Shown piece by piece: positions 63,366 to 64,000 of a stretch of DNA of 64,000 nucleotides. Position numbers and translations under genes: made by a program. Positions within the stretch are counted from its first letter, which is position 1; the number at the start of each line of letters is the position of its first letter. The notes beneath the pieces were generated by a model. That model did no database searches and was not told the origin of the DNA. It saw nothing but the letters and a program-made list of their open reading frames with translations. This stretch comes from Carcharhinus amblyrhynchos (lineage: Eukaryota), in assembly GCA_965287045.1 (NCBI GenBank), contig OZ336879.1, positions 32,054,001 to 32,118,000 on the forward strand. Reading direction: 5' to 3'.

Positions 63366-63854
63366 GCTGTAAAATTGTGCAGGGTCTGAAAACAGATGCA
63401 TGAATTGTGAGGTAGAAAAACTATGCCTGGTGCTTCTGACTAAACAATTGTAGCATTCAGCTGGCACTAAACACCACGTTGGATAAGTCTATTTGTGAAA
63501 AACTGTAAGGCTGCGCTACTTAAAGTCAGTCTGCAACCTTAAAAGGGAGGTGTGTTCTGGCTGGAACTGGTGTTGGAAATCAATCTAAAAGTGATTGGAA
63601 CACTCAGTCATGGCAAAACATAGCACAGAACAGTTTCCGTGACTTTCCAAAATTGTACTGATGCCTTTGATGCAGTAAATGGATACTGGGAAACATGTTA
63701 TCTATCCACAGGGAACCAGGAGAGCCTCCAAACAAACTCTGTGAAAGCAGCGGGAACATATAGCCCTGACAGCCAATGCCAGCAGTGTAGTCCCAAGGAC
63801 CTTGATGAAGTATACTTGCAATGATGTAATCTCTTTCACAATCATAGGGTGACC

Positions 63855-64000
63855 CAAGACGTTGTACTGCCAATTAAGTACCTTTAAGAGTGACGTCACT
63901 GAGGTAATTTAGGAAAAGCAGCAGCCATTTTGCACAAAGCAAACTCCCACCAACAGCAACCAGACGATCTGTTTTTTTTTGTGATATCTGTTCGGAGATT
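63855..64000 (-). mobile_element. Deu-domain SINE 3' fragment
   Basis: gcagccattttgcacaaagcaaactcccaccaacagcaa..atctgttttt is the reverse of the SINE 3' half. Confidence 0.6.

Overview
Vertebrate genomic DNA, almost certainly from a shark: HE1-type V-SINEs, Deu-domain SINEs and shark-type CR1 and Penelope families dominate. The whole window lies inside one minus-strand gene, myosin XVI (MYO16). Four exons splice in frame with canonical GT-AG sites: 38585-38687, 14486-14582, 13650-13896 and 12527-12834. They encode the end of the motor/converter, the IQ motif and the start of the NYAP-homology tail. I did not find the flanking exons in the window. The introns are filled with CR1, RTE and Rex1 LINE fragments, SINEs, two decayed Gypsy elements (one with a nested solo LTR), Harbinger-like non-autonomous transposons, Penelope remnants and a tRNA-Glu(CTC) pseudogene. 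The most notable items are: (1) a young 226-bp Penelope mini-insertion with perfect 58-bp inverted arms around a minimal hammerhead ribozyme; (2) a 1.6-kb palindromic Harbinger-like element carrying Penelope termini in both arms; (3) near-identical young CR1 copies in alternating orientation around the exons; (4) non-consensus residues in the MYO16 converter and IQ motif. I found no convincing novel protein-coding system. Repeat boundaries are by eye and approximate unless a TSD or TIR is given, and family names come from recalled consensus sequences, not a database search.
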